The translations under genes were made by a program, and so were the position numbers. From Auanema rhodensis (taxonomy: Eukaryota; Animalia; Nematoda), in NCBI GenBank assembly GCA_964057225.1, contig OZ059897.1:19964001-20028000 (forward strand): 64,000 nt of DNA, in the 5' to 3' direction. A model generated the notes under the pieces. That model was not told where the DNA came from. It did no database searches and saw only the letters and a list, made by a program, of their open reading frames with translations. How positions within the stretch are numbered: the stretch's first letter is position 1; the number at the start of each line of letters is the position of its first letter. Shown here piece by piece: positions 38,801 through 53,900 of this stretch.

Positions 38801-40365
38801 CTCGGTGCATTTTTAAGCTAGCGCAAATCTGATAACACAGATCGACGCAGCTTAAAAATCCGCATCGAATGCACTATACTACATTGAGAAACGCTTAATA
38901 CAAAAATTAGTTATGATCGTTTGAAAAATGATGCATTAGTGTATGTTGAGTTTCCATGTACACTCAACATTGCTTCCAAAAACATTTTGACAAAAATTTT
39001 TTCGAAAAATTTCAAAATAATTTAGCAAAAAGTAGATGTTTTTAGATTCCTTTTTTCAAGGCAAAGACGATGGACAATGTTATTTAACGAAAAAATTAAT
39101 TCTTCAGGGTGAAAATCGAGGATATAAGTGTAAACTTATATCAGTTGATATCTCGGTGCATTTTTAAGCTAGCGCAAATCTGATAACACAGATCGACGCA
39201 GCTTAAAAATCCGCATCGAATGCACTATACTACATTGAGAAACGCTTAATACAAAAATTAGTTATGATCGTTTGAAAAATGATGCATTAGTGTATGTTGA
39301 GTTTCCATGAACACTCAACATTGCTTCCAAAAACATTTTGACAAAAATTTTTTCGAAAAATTTCAAAATAATTTAGCAAAAAGTAGATGTTTTCAGATTC
39401 CTTTTTTCAAGGCAAAGACGATGGACAATGTTATTCAACGAAAAAATTATTTCTTCAGGGTGAAAATCGAGGATATAAGTGTAAACTTATATCAGTTGAT
39501 ATCTCGGTGCATTTTTAAGCTAGCGCAAATCTGATAACACAGATCGACGCAGCTTAAAAATCCGCATCGAATGCACTATACTACATTGAGAAACGCTTAA
39601 TACAAAAATTAGTTATGATCGTTTGAAAAATGATGCATTAGTGTATGTTGAGTTTCCATGTACACTCAACATTGCTTCCAAAAACATTTTGACAAAAATT
39701 TTTTCGAAAAATTTCAAAATAATTTAGCAAAAAGTAGATGTTTTTAGATTCCTTTTTTCAAGGCAAAGACGATGGACAATGTTATTCAACGAAAAAATTA
39801 ATTCTTCAGGGTGAAAATCGAGGATATAAGTGTGAACTTATAACAGTTGATATCTCGGTACATTTTTAAGCTAGCGCAAATCTGATAACACAGATCGACG
39901 CAGCTTAAAAATCCGCATCGAATGCACTATACTACATTGAGAAACGCTTAATACAAAAATTAGTTATGATCGTTTGAAAAATGATGCATTAGTGTATGTT
40001 GAGTTTCCATGTACACTCAACATTGCTTCCAAAAACATTTTGACAAAAATTTTTTCGAAAAATTTCAAAATAATTTAGCAAAAAGTAGATGTTTTTAGAT
40101 TCCTTTTTTCAAGGCAAAGACGATGGACAATGTTATTTAACGAAAAAATTAATTCTTCAGGGTGAAAATCGAGGATATAAGTGTAAACTTATATCAGTTG
40201 ATATCTCGGTGCATTTTTAAGCTAGCGCAAATCTGATAACACAGATCGACGCAGCTTAAAAATCCGCATCGAATGCACTATACTACATTGAGAAACGCTT
40301 AATACAAAAATTAGTTATGATCGTTTGAAAAATGATGCATTAGTGTATGTTGAGTTTCCATGTAC

Positions 40366-42472
40366 ACTCAACATTGCTTCCAAAAACATTTTGACAAAAA
40401 TTTTTTCGAAAAATTTCAAAATAATTTAGCAAAAAGTAGATGTTTTTAGATTCCTTTTTTCAAGGCAAAGACGATGGACAATGTTATTCAACGAAAAAAT
40501 TAATTCTTCAGGGTGAAAATCGAGGATATAAGTGTGAACTTATAACAGTTGATATCTCGGTACATTTTTAAGCTAGCGCAAATCTGATAACACAGATCGA
40601 CGCAGCTTAAAAATCCGCATCGAATGCACTATACTACATTGAGAAACGCTTAATACAAAAATTAGTTATGATCGTTTGAAAAATGATGCATTAGTGTATG
40701 TTGAGTTTCCATGTACACTCAACATTGCTTCCAAAAACATTTTGACAAAAATTTTTTCGAAAAATTTCAAAATAATTTAGCGAAATATAGATGTTTTTAG
40801 ATTCCTTTTTTCAAGGCAAAGACGATGGACAATGTTATTCAACGAAAAAATTATTTCTTCAGGGTGAAAATCGAGGATATAAGTGTAAACTTATATCAGT
40901 TGATATCTCGGTGCATTTTTAAGCTAGCGCAAATCTGATAACACAGATCGACGCAGCTTAAAAATCCGCATCGAATGCACTATACTACATTGAGAAACGC
41001 TTAATACAAAAATTAGTTATGATCGTTTGAAAAATGATGCATTAGTGTATGTTGAGTTTCCATGTACACTCAACATTGCTTCCAAAAACATTTTGACAAA
41101 AATTTTTTCGAAAAATTTCAAAATAATTTAGCAAAAAGTAGATGTTTTTAGATTCCTTTTTTCAAGGCAAAGACGATGGACAATGTTATTCAACGAAAAA
41201 ATTAATTCTTCAGGGTGAAAATCGAGGATATAAGTGTGAACTTATAACAGTTGATATCTCGGTACATTTTTAAGCTAGCGCAAATCTGATAACACAGATC
41301 GACGCAGCTTAAAAATCCGCATCGAATGCACTATACTACATTGAGAAACGCTTAATACAAAAATTAGTTATGATCGTTTGAAAAATGATGCATTAGTGTA
41401 TGTTGAGTTTCCATGTACACTCAACATTGCTTCCAAAAACATTTTGACAAAAATTTTTTCGAAAAATTTCAAAATAATTTAGCGAAATATAGATGTTTTT
41501 AGATTCCTTTTTTCAAGGCAAAGACGATGGACAATGTTATTCAACGAAAAAATTATTTCTTCAGGGTGAAAATCGAGGATATAAGTGTAAACTTATATCA
41601 GTTGATATCTCGGTGCATTTTTAAGCTAGCGCAAATCTGATAACACAGATCGACGCAGCTTAAAAATCCGCATCGAATGCACTATACTACATTGAGAAAC
41701 GCTTAATACAAAAATTAGTTATGATCGTTTGAAAAATGATGCATTAGTGTATGTTGAGTTTCCATGTACACTCAACATTGCTTCCAAAAACATTTTGACA
41801 AAAATTTTTTCGAAAAATTTCAAAATAATTTAGCAAAAAGTAGATGTTTTTAGATTCCTTTTTTCAAGGCAAAGACGATGGACAATGTTATTCAACGAAA
41901 AAATTAATTCTTCAGGGTGAAAATCGAGGATATAAGTGTGAACTTATAACAGTTGATATCTCGGTACATTTTTAAGCTAGCGCAAATCTGATAACACAGA
42001 TCGACGCAGCTTAAAAATCCGCATCGAATGCACTATACTACATTGAGAAACGCTTAATACAAAAATTAGTTATGATCGTTTGAAAAATGATGCATTAGTG
42101 TATGTTGAGTTTCCATGTACACTCAACATTGCTTCCAAAAACATTTTGACAAAAATTTTTTCGAAAAATTTCAAAATAATTTAGCGAAATATAGATGTTT
42201 TTAGATTCCTTTTTTCAAAGGCAAAGACGATGGACAATGTTATTCAACGAAAAAATTATTTCTTCAGGGTGAAAATCGAGGATATAAGTGTAAACTTATA
42301 TCAGTTGATATCTCGGTGCATTTTTAAGCTAGCGCAAATCTGATAACACAGATCGACGCAGCTTAAAAATCCGCATCGAATGCACTATACTACATTGAGA
42401 AACGCTTAATACAAAAATTAGTTATGATCGTTTGAAAAATGATGCATTAGTGTATGTTGAGTTTCCATGTAC
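40366..42472 (+). repeat. 702-bp dimer higher-order repeat, three copies
   Basis: GTGAAC/TATAAC/GGTAC monomers alternate with GCGAAATATAG+ATTATTT monomers (A66G at 40782, 41484, 42186). Confidence 0.88.
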
Positions 42473-44929
42473 ACTCAACATTGCTTCCAAAAACATTTTG
42501 ACAAAAATTTTTTCGAAAAATTTCAGAATAATTTAGCAAAAAGTAGATGTTTTCAGATTCCTTTTTTCAAGGCAAAGACGATGGACAATGTTATTTAACG
42601 AAAAAATTAATTCTTCAGGGTGAAAATCGAGGATATAAGTGTAAACTTATATCAGTTGATATCTCGGTGCATTTTTAAGCTAGCGCAAATCTGATAACAC
42701 AGATCGACGCAGCTTAAAAATCCGCATCGAATGCACTATACTACATTGAGAAACGCTTAATACAAAAATTAGTTATGATCGTTTGAAAAATGATGCATTA
42801 GTGTATGTTGAGTTTCCATGTACACTCAACATTGCTTCCAAAAACATTTTGACAAAAATTTTTTCGAAAAATTTCAAAATAATTTAGCAAAAAGTAGATG
42901 TTTTTAGATTCCTTTTTTCAAGGCAAAGACGATGGACAATGTTATTCAACGAAAAAATTAATTCTTCAGGGTGAAAATCGAGGATATAAGTGTGAACTTA
43001 TAACAGTTGATATCTCGGTACATTTTTAAGCTAGCGCAAATCTGATAACACAGATCGACGCAGCTTAAAAATCCGCATCGAATGCACTATACTACATTGA
43101 GAAACGCTTAATACAAAAATTAGTTATGATCGTTTGAAAAATGATGCATTAGTGTATGTTGAGTTTCCATGTACACTCAACATTGCTTCCAAAAACATTT
43201 TGACAAAAATTTTTTCGAAAAATTTCAAAACAATTTAGCAAAAAGTAGATGTTTTTAGATTCCTTTTTTCAAGGCAAAGACGATGGACAATGTTATTTAA
43301 CGGAAAAATTAATTCTTCAGGGTGAAAATCGAGGATATAAGTGTAAACTTATATCAGTTGATATCTCGGTGCATTTTTAAGCTAGCGCAAATCTGATAAC
43401 ACAGATCGACGCAGCTTAAAAATCCGCATCGAATGCACTATACTACATTGAGAAACGCTTATTACAAAAATTAGTTATGATCGTTTGAAAAATGATGCGT
43501 TAGTGTATGTTGAGTTTCCATGTACACTCAACATTGCTTCCAAAAACATTTTGACAAAAATTTTTTCGAAAAATTTCAAAATAATTTAGCAAAAAGTAGA
43601 TGTTTTTAGATTCCTTTTTTCAAGGCAAAGACGATGGACAATGTTATTCAACGAAAAAATTAATTCTTCAGGGTGAAAATCGAGGATATAAGTGTGAACT
43701 TATAACAGTTGATATCTCGGTACATTTTTAAGCTAGCGCAAATCTGATAACACAGATCGACGCAGCTTAAAAATCCGCATCGAATGCACTATACTACATT
43801 GAGAAACGCTTAATACAAAAATTAGTTATGATCGTTTGAAAAATGATGCATTAGTGTATGTTGAGTTTCCATGTACACTCAACATTGCTTCCAAAAACAT
43901 TTTGACAAAAATTTTTTCGAAAAATTTCAAAACAATTTAGCAAAAAGTAGATGTTTTTAGATTCCTTTTTTCAAGGCAAAGACGATGGACAATGTTATTT
44001 AACGAACAAATCAATTCTTCAGGGTGAAAATCGAGGATATAAGTGTAAACTTATATCAGTTGATATCTCGGTGCATTTTTAAGCTAGCGCAAATCTGATA
44101 ACACAGATCGACGCAGCTTAAAAATCCGCATCGAATGCACTATACTACATTGAGAAACGCTTAATACAAAAATTAGTTATGATCGTTTGAAAAATGATGC
44201 ATTAGTGTATGTTGAGTTTCCATGTACACTCAACATTGCTTCCAAAAACATTTTGACAAAAATTTTTTCGAAAAATTTCAAAATAATTTAGCAAAAAGTA
44301 GATGTTTTCAGATTCCTTTTTTCAAGGCAAAGACGATGGACAATGTTATTTAACGAAAAAATTAATTCTTCAGGGTGAAAATCGAGGATATAAGTGTAAA
44401 CTTATATCAGTTGATATCTCGGTGCATTTTTAAGCTAGCGCAAATCTGATAACACAGATCGACGCAGCTTAAAAATCCGCATCGAATGCACTATACTACA
44501 TTGAGAAACGCTTAATACAAAAATTAGTTATGATCGTTTGAAAAATGATGCATTAGTGTATGTTGAGTTTCCATGTACACTCAACATTGCTTCCAAAAAC
44601 ATTTTGACAAAAATTTTTTCGAAAAATTTCAAAATAATTTAGCAAAAAGTAGATGTTTTTAGATTCCTTTTTTCAAGGCAAAGACGATGGACAATGTTAT
44701 TTAACGAAAAAATTAATTCTTCAGGGTGAAAATCGAGGATATAAGTGTAAACTTATATCAGTTGATATCTCGGTGCATTTTTAAGCTAGCGCAAATCTGA
44801 TAACACAGATCGACGCAGCTTAAAAATCCGCATCGAATGCACTATACTACATTGAGAAACGCTTAATACAAAAATTAGTTATGATCGTTTGAAAAATGAT
44901 GCATTAGTGTATGTTGAGTTTCCATGTAC

Positions 44930-47900
44930 ACTCAACATTGCTTCCAAAAACATTTTGACAAAAATTTTTTCGAAAAATTTCAAAATAATTTAGCCAAAAG
45001 TAGATGTTTTTAGATTCCTTTTTTCAAGGCAAAGACGATGGACAATGTTGTTCAACGAAAAAATTAATTCTTCAGGGTGAAAATCGAGGATATAAGTGTA
45101 AACTTATATCAGTTGATATCTCGGTGCATTTTTAAGCTAGCGCAAATCTGATAACACAGATCGACGCAGCTTAAAAATCCGCATCGAATGCACTATACTA
45201 CATTGAGAAACGCTTAATACAAAAATTAGTTATGATCGTTTGAAAAATGATGCATTAGTGTATGTTGAGTTTCCATGTACACTCAACATTGCTTCCAAAA
45301 ACATTTTGACAAAAATTTTTTCGAAAAATTTCAAAATAATTTAGCAAAAAGTAGATGTTTTTAGATTCCTTTTTTCAAGGCAAAGACGATGGACAATGTT
45401 ATTCAACGAAAAAATTAATTCTTCAGGGTGAAAATCGAGGATATAAGTGTGAACTTATAACAGTTGATATCTCGGTACATTTTTAAGCTAGCGCAAATCT
45501 GATAACACAGATCGACGCAGCTTAAAAATCCGCATCGAATGCACTATACTACATTGAGAAACGCTTAATACAAAAATTAGTTATGATCGTTTGAAAAATG
45601 ATGCATTAGTGTATGTTGAGTTTCCATGTACACTCAACATTGCTTCCAAAAACATTTTGACAAAAATTTTTTCGAAAAATTTCAAAATAATTTAGCAAAA
45701 AGTAGATGTTTTTAGATTCCTTTTTTCAAGGCAAAGACGATGGACAATGTTATTTAACGAAAAAATTAATTCTTCAGGGTGAAAATCGAGGATATAAGTG
45801 TAAACTTATATCAGTTGATATCTCGGTGCATTTTTAAGCTAGCGCAAATCTGATAACACAGATCGACGCAGCTTAAAAATCCGCATCGAATGCACTATAC
45901 TACATTGAGAAACGCTTAATACAAAAATTAGTTATGATCGTTTGAAAAATGATGCATTAGTGTATGTTGAGTTTCCATGTACACTCAACATTGCTTCCAA
46001 AAACATTTTGACAAAAATTTTTTCGAAAAATTTCAAAATAATTTAGCAAAAAGTAGATGTTTTTAGATTCCTTTTTTCAAGGCAAAGACGATGGACAATG
46101 TTATTTAACGAAAAAATTAATTCTTCAGGGTGAAAATCGAGGATATAAGTGTAAACTTATATCAGTTGATATCTCGGTGCATTTTTAAGCTAGCGCAAAT
46201 CTGATAACACAGATCGACGCAGCTTAAAAATCCGCATCGAATGCACTATACTACATTGAGAAACGCTTAATACAAAAATTAGTTATGATCGTTTGAAAAA
46301 TGATGCATTAGTGTATGTTGAGTTTCCATGTACACTCAACATTGCTTCCAAAAACATTTTGACAAAAATTTTTTCGAAAAATTTCAAAATAATTCAGCCA
46401 AAAGTAGATGTTTTTAGATTCCTTTTTTCAAGGCAAAGACGATGGACAATGTTATTTAACGAAAAAATTAATTCTTCAGGGTGAAAATCGAGGATATAAG
46501 TGTAAACTTATATCAGTTGATATCTCGGTGCATTTTTAAGCTAGCGCAAATCTGATAACACAGATCGACGCAGCTTAAAAATCCGCATCGAATGCACTAT
46601 ACTACATGGAAGAACGCTTAATACAAAAATTAGTTATGATCGTTTGAAAAATGATGCATTAGTGTATGTTGAGTTTCCATGTACACTCAACATTGCTTCC
46701 AAAAACATTTTGACAAAAATTTTTTCGAAAAATTTCAAAATAATTTAGCCAAAAGTAGATGTTTTTAGATTCCTTTTTTCAAGGCAAAGACGATGGACAA
46801 TGTTATTCAACGAAAAAATTAATTCTTCAGGGTGAAAATCGAGGATATAAGTGTAAACTTATATCAGTTGATATCTCGGTGCATTTTTAAGCTAGCGCAA
46901 ATCTGATAACACAGATCGACGCAGCTTAAAAATCCGCATCGAATGCACTATACTACATTGAGAAACGCTTAATACAAAAATTAGTTATGATCGTTTGAAA
47001 AATGATGCATTAGTGTATGTTGAGTTTCCATGTACACTCAACATTGCTTCCAAAAACATTTTGACAAAAATTTTTTCGAAAAATTTCAAAATAATTCAGC
47101 CAAAAGTAGATGTTTTTAGATTCCTTTTTTCAAGGCAAAGACGATGGACAATGTTATTCAACAAAAAAATTAATTCTTCAGGGTGAAAATCGAGGATATA
47201 AGTGTAAACTTATATCAGTTGATATCTCGGTGCATTTTTAAGCTAGCGCAAATCTGATAACACAGATCGACGCAGCTTAAAAATCCGCATCGAATGCACT
47301 ATACTACATTGAGAAACGCTTAATACAAAAATTAGTTATGATCGTTTGAAAAATGAAGCATTAGTGTATGTTGAGTTTCCATGTACACTCAACATTGCTT
47401 CCAAAAACATTTTGACAAAAATTTTTTCGAAAAATTTCAAAATAATTTAGCAAAAAGTAGATGTTTTTAGATTCCTTTTTTCAAGGCAAAGACGATGGAC
47501 AATGTTATTTAACGAAAAAATTAATTCTTCAGGGTGAAAATCGAGGATATAAGTGTAAACTTATATCAGTTGATATCTCGGTGCATTTTTAAGCTAGCGC
47601 AAATCTGATAACACAGATCGACGCAGCTTAAAAATCCGCATCGAATGCACTATACTACATGGAAGAACGCTTAATACAAAAATTAGTTATGATCGTTTGA
47701 AAAATGATGCATTAGTGTATGTTGAGTTTCCATGTACACTCAACATTGCTTCCAAAAACATTTTGACAAAAATTTTTTCGAAAAATTTCAAAATAATTTA
47801 GCCAAAAGTAGATGTTTTTAGATTCCTTTTTTCAAGGCAAAGACGATGGACAATGTTATTCAACGAAAAAATTAATTCTTCAGGGTGAAAATCGAGGATA

Positions 47901-50900
47901 TAAGTGTAAACTTATATCAGTTGATATCTCGGTGCATTTTTAAGCTAGCGCAAATCTGATAACACAGATCGACGCAGCTTAAAAATCCGCATCGAATGCA
48001 CTATACTACATTGAGAAACGCTTAATACAAAAATTAGTTATGATCGTTTGAAAAATGATGCATTAGTGTAAGTTGAGTTTCCATGTACACTCAACATTGC
48101 TTCCAAAAACATTTTGACAAAAATTTTTTCGAAAAATTTCAAAATAATTTAGCAAAAAGTAGATGTTTTTAGATTCCTTTTTTCAAGGCAAAGACGATGG
48201 ACAATGTTATTCAACGAAAAAATTAATTCTTCAGGGTGAAAATCGAGGATATAAGTGTGAACTTATAACAGTTGATATCTCGGTACATTTTTAAGCTAGC
48301 GCAAATCTGATAACACAGATCGACGCAGCTTAAAAATCCGCATCGAATGCACTATACTACATTGAGAAACGCTTAATACAAAAATTAGTTATGATCGTTT
48401 GAAAAATGATGCATTAGTGTATGTTGAGTTTCCATGTACACTCAACATTGCTTCCAAAAACATTTTGACAAAAATTTTTTCGAAAAATTTCAAAATAATT
48501 TAGCAAAAAGTAGATGTTTTTAGATTCCTTTTTTCAAGGCAAAGACGATGGACAATGTTATTCAACGAAAAAATTAATTCTTCAGGGTGAAAATCGAGGA
48601 TATAAGTGTAAACTTATATCAGTTGATATCTCGGTGCATTTTTAAGCTAGCGCAAATCTGATAACACAGATCGACGCAGCTTAAAAATCCGCATCGAATG
48701 CACTATACTACATTGAGAAACGCTTAATACAAAAATTAGTTATGATCGTTTGAAAAATGATGCATTAGTGTATGTTGAGTTTCCATGTACACTCAACATT
48801 GCTTCCAAAAACATTTTGACAAAAATTTTTTCGAAAAATTTCAAAATAATTTAGCAAAAAGTAGATGTTTTTAGATTCCTTTTTTCAAGGCAAAGACGAT
48901 GGACAATGTTATTCAACGAAAAAATTAATTCTTCAGGGTGAAAATCGAGGATATAAGTGTAAACTTATATCAGTTGATATCTCGGTGCATTTTTAAGCTA
49001 GCGCAAATCTGATAACACAGATCGACGCAGCTTAAAAATCCGCATCGAATGCACTATACTACATTGAGAAACGCTTAATACAAAAATTAGTTATGATCGT
49101 TTGAAAAATGATGCATTAGTGTAAGTTGAGTTTCCATGTACACTCAACATTGCTTCCAAAAACATTTTGACAAAAATTTTTTCGAAAAATTTCAAAATAA
49201 TTTAGCAAAAAGTAGATGTTTTTAGATTCCTTTTTTCAAGGCAAAGACGATGGACAATGTTATTCAACGAAAAAATTAATTCTTCAGGGTGAAAATCGAG
49301 GATATAAGTGTGAACTTATAACAGTTGATATCTCGGTACATTTTTAAGCTAGCGCAAATCTGATAACACAGATCGACGCAGCTTAAAAATCCGCATCGAA
49401 TGCACTATACTACATTGAGAAACGCTTAATACAAAAATTAGTTATGATCGTTTGAAAAATGATGCATTAGTGTATGTTGAGTTTCCATGTACACTCAACA
49501 TTGCTTCCAAAAACATTTTGACAAAAATTTTTTCGAAAAATTTCAAAATAATTTAGCAAAAAGTAGATGTTTTTAGATTCCTTTTTTCAAGGCAAAGACG
49601 ATGGACAATGTTATTCAACGAAAAAATTAATTCTTCAGGGTGAAAATCGAGGATATAAGTGTGAACTTATAACAGTTGATATCTCGGTACATTTTTAAGC
49701 TAGCGCAAATCTGATAACACAGATCGACGCAGCTTAAAAATCCGCATCGAATGCACTATACTACATTGAGAAACGCTTAATACAAAAATTAGTTATGATC
49801 GTTTGAAAAATGATGCATTAGTGTATGTTGAGTTTCCATGTACACTCAACATTGCTTCCAAAAACATTTTGACAAAAATTTTTTCGAAAAATTTCAAAAT
49901 AATTTAGCAAAAAGTAGATGTTTTTAGATTCCTTTTTTCAAGGCAAAGACGATGGACAATGTTATTTAACGAAAAAATTAATTCTTCAGGGTGAAAATCG
50001 AGGATATAAGTGTAAACTTATATCAGTTGATATCTCGGTGCATTTTTAAGCTAGCGCAAATCTGATAACACAGATCGACGCAGCTTAAAAATCCGCATCG
50101 AATGCACTATACTACATTGAGAAACGCTTAATACAAAAATTAGTTATGATCGTTTGAAAAATGATGCATTAGTGTATGTTGAGTTTCCATGTACACTCAA
50201 CATTGCTTCCAAAAACATTTTGACAAAAATTTTTTCGAAAAATTTCAAAATAATTTAGCCAAAAGTAGATGTTTTTAGATTCCTTTTTTCAAGGCAAAGA
50301 CGATGGACAATGTTGTTCAACGAAAAAATTAATTCTTCAGGGTGAAAATCGAGGATATAAGTGTAAACTTATATCAGTTGATATCTCGGTGCATTTTTAA
50401 GCTAGCGCAAATCTGATAACACAGATCGACGCAGCTTAAAAATCCGCATCGAATGCACTATACTACATTGAGAAACGCTTAATACAAAAATTAGTTATGA
50501 TCGTTTGAAAAATGATGCATTAGTGTATGTTGAGTTTCCATGTACACTCAACATTGCTTCCAAAAACATTTTGACAAAAATTTTTTCGAAAAATTTCAAA
50601 ATAATTTAGCAAAAAGTAGATGTTTTTAGATTCCTTTTTTCAAGGCAAAGACGATGGACAATGTTATTCAACGAAAAAATTAATTCTTCAGGGTGAAAAT
50701 CGAGGATATAAGTGTGAACTTATAACAGTTGATATCTCGGTACATTTTTAAGCTAGCGCAAATCTGATAACACAGATCGACGCAGCTTAAAAATCCGCAT
50801 CGAATGCACTATACTACATTGAGAAACGCTTAATACAAAAATTAGTTATGATCGTTTGAAAAATGATGCATTAGTGTATGTTGAGTTTCCATGTACACTC

Positions 50901-53900
50901 AACATTGCTTCCAAAAACATTTTGACAAAAATTTTTTCGAAAAATTTCAAAATAATTTAGCAAAAAGTAGATGTTTTTAGATTCCTTTTTTCAAGGCAAA
51001 GACGATGGACAATGTTATTTAACGAAAAAATTAATTCTTCAGGGTGAAAATCGAGGATATAAGTGTAAACTTATATCAGTTGATATCTCGGTGCATTTTT
51101 AAGCTAGCGCAAATCTGATAACACAGATCGACGCAGCTTAAAAATCCGCATCGAATGCACTATACTACATTGAGAAACGCTTAATACAAAAATTAGTTAT
51201 GATCGTTTGAAAAATGATGCATTAGTGTATGTTGAGTTTCCATGTACACTCAACATTGCTTCCAAAAACATTTTGACAAAAATTTTTTCGAAAAATTTCA
51301 AAATAATTTAGCAAAAAGTAGATGTTTTTAGATTCCTTTTTTCAAGGCAAAGACGATGGACAATGTTATTTAACGAAAAAATTAATTCTTCAGGGTGAAA
51401 ATCGAGGATATAAGTGTAAACTTATATCAGTTGATATCTCGGTGCATTTTTAAGCTAGCGCAAATCTGATAACACAGATCGACGCAGCTTAAAAATCCGC
51501 ATCGAATGCACTATACTACATTGAGAAACGCTTAATACAAAAATTAGTTATGATCGTTTGAAAAATGATGCATTAGTGTATGTTGAGTTTCCATGTACAC
51601 TCAACATTGCTTCCAAAAACATTTTGACAAAAATTTTTTCGAAAAATTTCAAAATAATTCAGCCAAAAGTAGATGTTTTTAGATTCCTTTTTTCAAGGCA
51701 AAGACGATGGACAATGTTATTCAACAAAAAAATTAATTCTTCAGGGTGAAAATCGAGGATATAAGTGTAAACTTATATCAGTTGATATCTCGGTGCATTT
51801 TTAAGCTAGCGCAAATCTGATAACACAGATCGACGCAGCTTAAAAATCCGCATCGAATGCACTATACTACATTGAGAAACGCTTAATACAAAAATTAGTT
51901 ATGATCGTTTGAAAAATGAAGCATTAGTGTATGTTGAGTTTCCATGTACACTCAACATTGCTTCCAAAAACATTTTGACAAAAATTTTTTCGAAAAATTT
52001 CAAAATAATTTAGCAAAAAGTAGATGTTTTTAGATTCCTTTTTTCAAGGCAAAGACGATGGACAATGTTATTTAACGAAAAAATTAATTCTTCAGGGTGA
52101 AAATCGAGGATATAAGTGTAAACTTATATCAGTTGATATCTCGGTGCATTTTTAAGCTAGCGCAAATCTGATAACACAGATCGACGCAGCTTAAAAATCC
52201 GCATCGAATGCACTATACTACATTGAGAAACGCTTAATACAAAAATTAGTTATGATCGTTTGAAAAATGATGCATTAGTGTATGTTGAGTTTCCATGTAC
52301 ACTCAACATTGCTTCCAAAAACATTTTGACAAAAATTTTTTCGAAAAATTTCAAAATAATTTAGCAAAAAGTAGATGTTTTTAGATTCCTTTTTTCAAGG
52401 CAAAGACGATGGACAATGTTATTTAACGAAAAAATTAATTCTTCAGGGTGAAAATCGAGGATATAAGTGTAAACTTATATCAGTTGATATCTCGGTGCAT
52501 TTTTAAGCTAGCGCAAATCTGATAACACAGATCGACGCAGCTTAAAAATCCGCATCGAATGCACTATACTACATTGAGAAACGCTTAATACAAAAATTAG
52601 TTATGATCGTTTGAAAAATGATGCATTAGTGTATGTTGAGTTTCCATGTACACTCAACATTGCTTCCAAAAACATTTTGACAAAAATTTTTTCGAAAAAT
52701 TTCAAAATAATTTAGCCAAAAGTAGATGTTTTTAGATTCCTTTTTTCAAGGCAAAGACGATGGACAATGTTGTTCAACGAAAAAATTAATTCTTCAGGGT
52801 GAAAATCGAGGATATAAGTGTAAACTTATATCAGTTGATATCTCGGTGCATTTTTAAGCTAGCGCAAATCTGATAACACAGATCGACGCAGCTTAAAAAT
52901 CCGCATCGAATGCACTATACTACATTGAGAAACGCTTAATACAAAAATTAGTTATGATCGTTTGAAAAATGATGCATTAGTGTATGTTGAGTTTCCATGT
53001 ACACTCAACATTGCTTCCAAAAACATTTTGACAAAAATTTTTTCGAAAAATTTCAAAATAATTTAGCAAAAAGTAGATGTTTTTAGATTCCTTTTTTCAA
53101 GGCAAAGACGATGGACAATGTTATTCAACGAAAAAATTAATTCTTCAGGGTGAAAATCGAGGATATAAGTGTGAACTTATAACAGTTGATATCTCGGTAC
53201 ATTTTTAAGCTAGCGCAAATCTGATAACACAGATCGACGCAGCTTAAAAATCCGCATCGAATGCACTATACTACATTGAGAAACGCTTAATACAAAAATT
53301 AGTTATGATCGTTTGAAAAATGATGCATTAGTGTATGTTGAGTTTTCATGTACACTCAACATTGCTTCCAAAAACATTTTGACAAAAATTTTTTCGAAAA
53401 ATTTCAAAATAATTTAGCAAAAAGTAGATGTTTTTAGATTCCTTTTTTCAAGGCAAAGACGATGGACAATGTTATTTAACGAAAAAATTAATTCTTCAGG
53501 GTGAAAATCGAGGATATAAGTGTAAACTTATATCAGTTGATATCTCGGTGCATTTTTAAGCTAGCGCAAATCTGATAACACAGATCGACGCAGCTTAAAA
53601 ATCCGCATCGAATGCACTATACTACATTGAGAAACGCTTAATACAAAAATTAGTTATGATCGTTTGAAAAATGATGCATTAGTGTATGTTGAGTTTCCAT
53701 GTACACTCAACATTGCTTCCAAAAACATTTTGACAAAAATTTTTTCGAAAAATTTCAAAATAATTTAGCAAAAAGTAGATGTTTTTAGATTCCTTTTTTC
53801 AAGGCAAAGACGATGGACAATGTTATTTAACGAAAAAATTAATTCTTCAGGGTGAAAATCGAGGATATAAGTGTAAACTTATATCAGTTGATATCTCGGT

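Noticed and set aside
39307-39534. 75-aa ORF (MNTQHCFQKHF...)
   Set aside because: A chance combination of three stop-removing alleles (T82C, C124, A138T) in one monomer. The rest of that frame has many stops, and the F/K/N-rich composition reflects A/T tracts.
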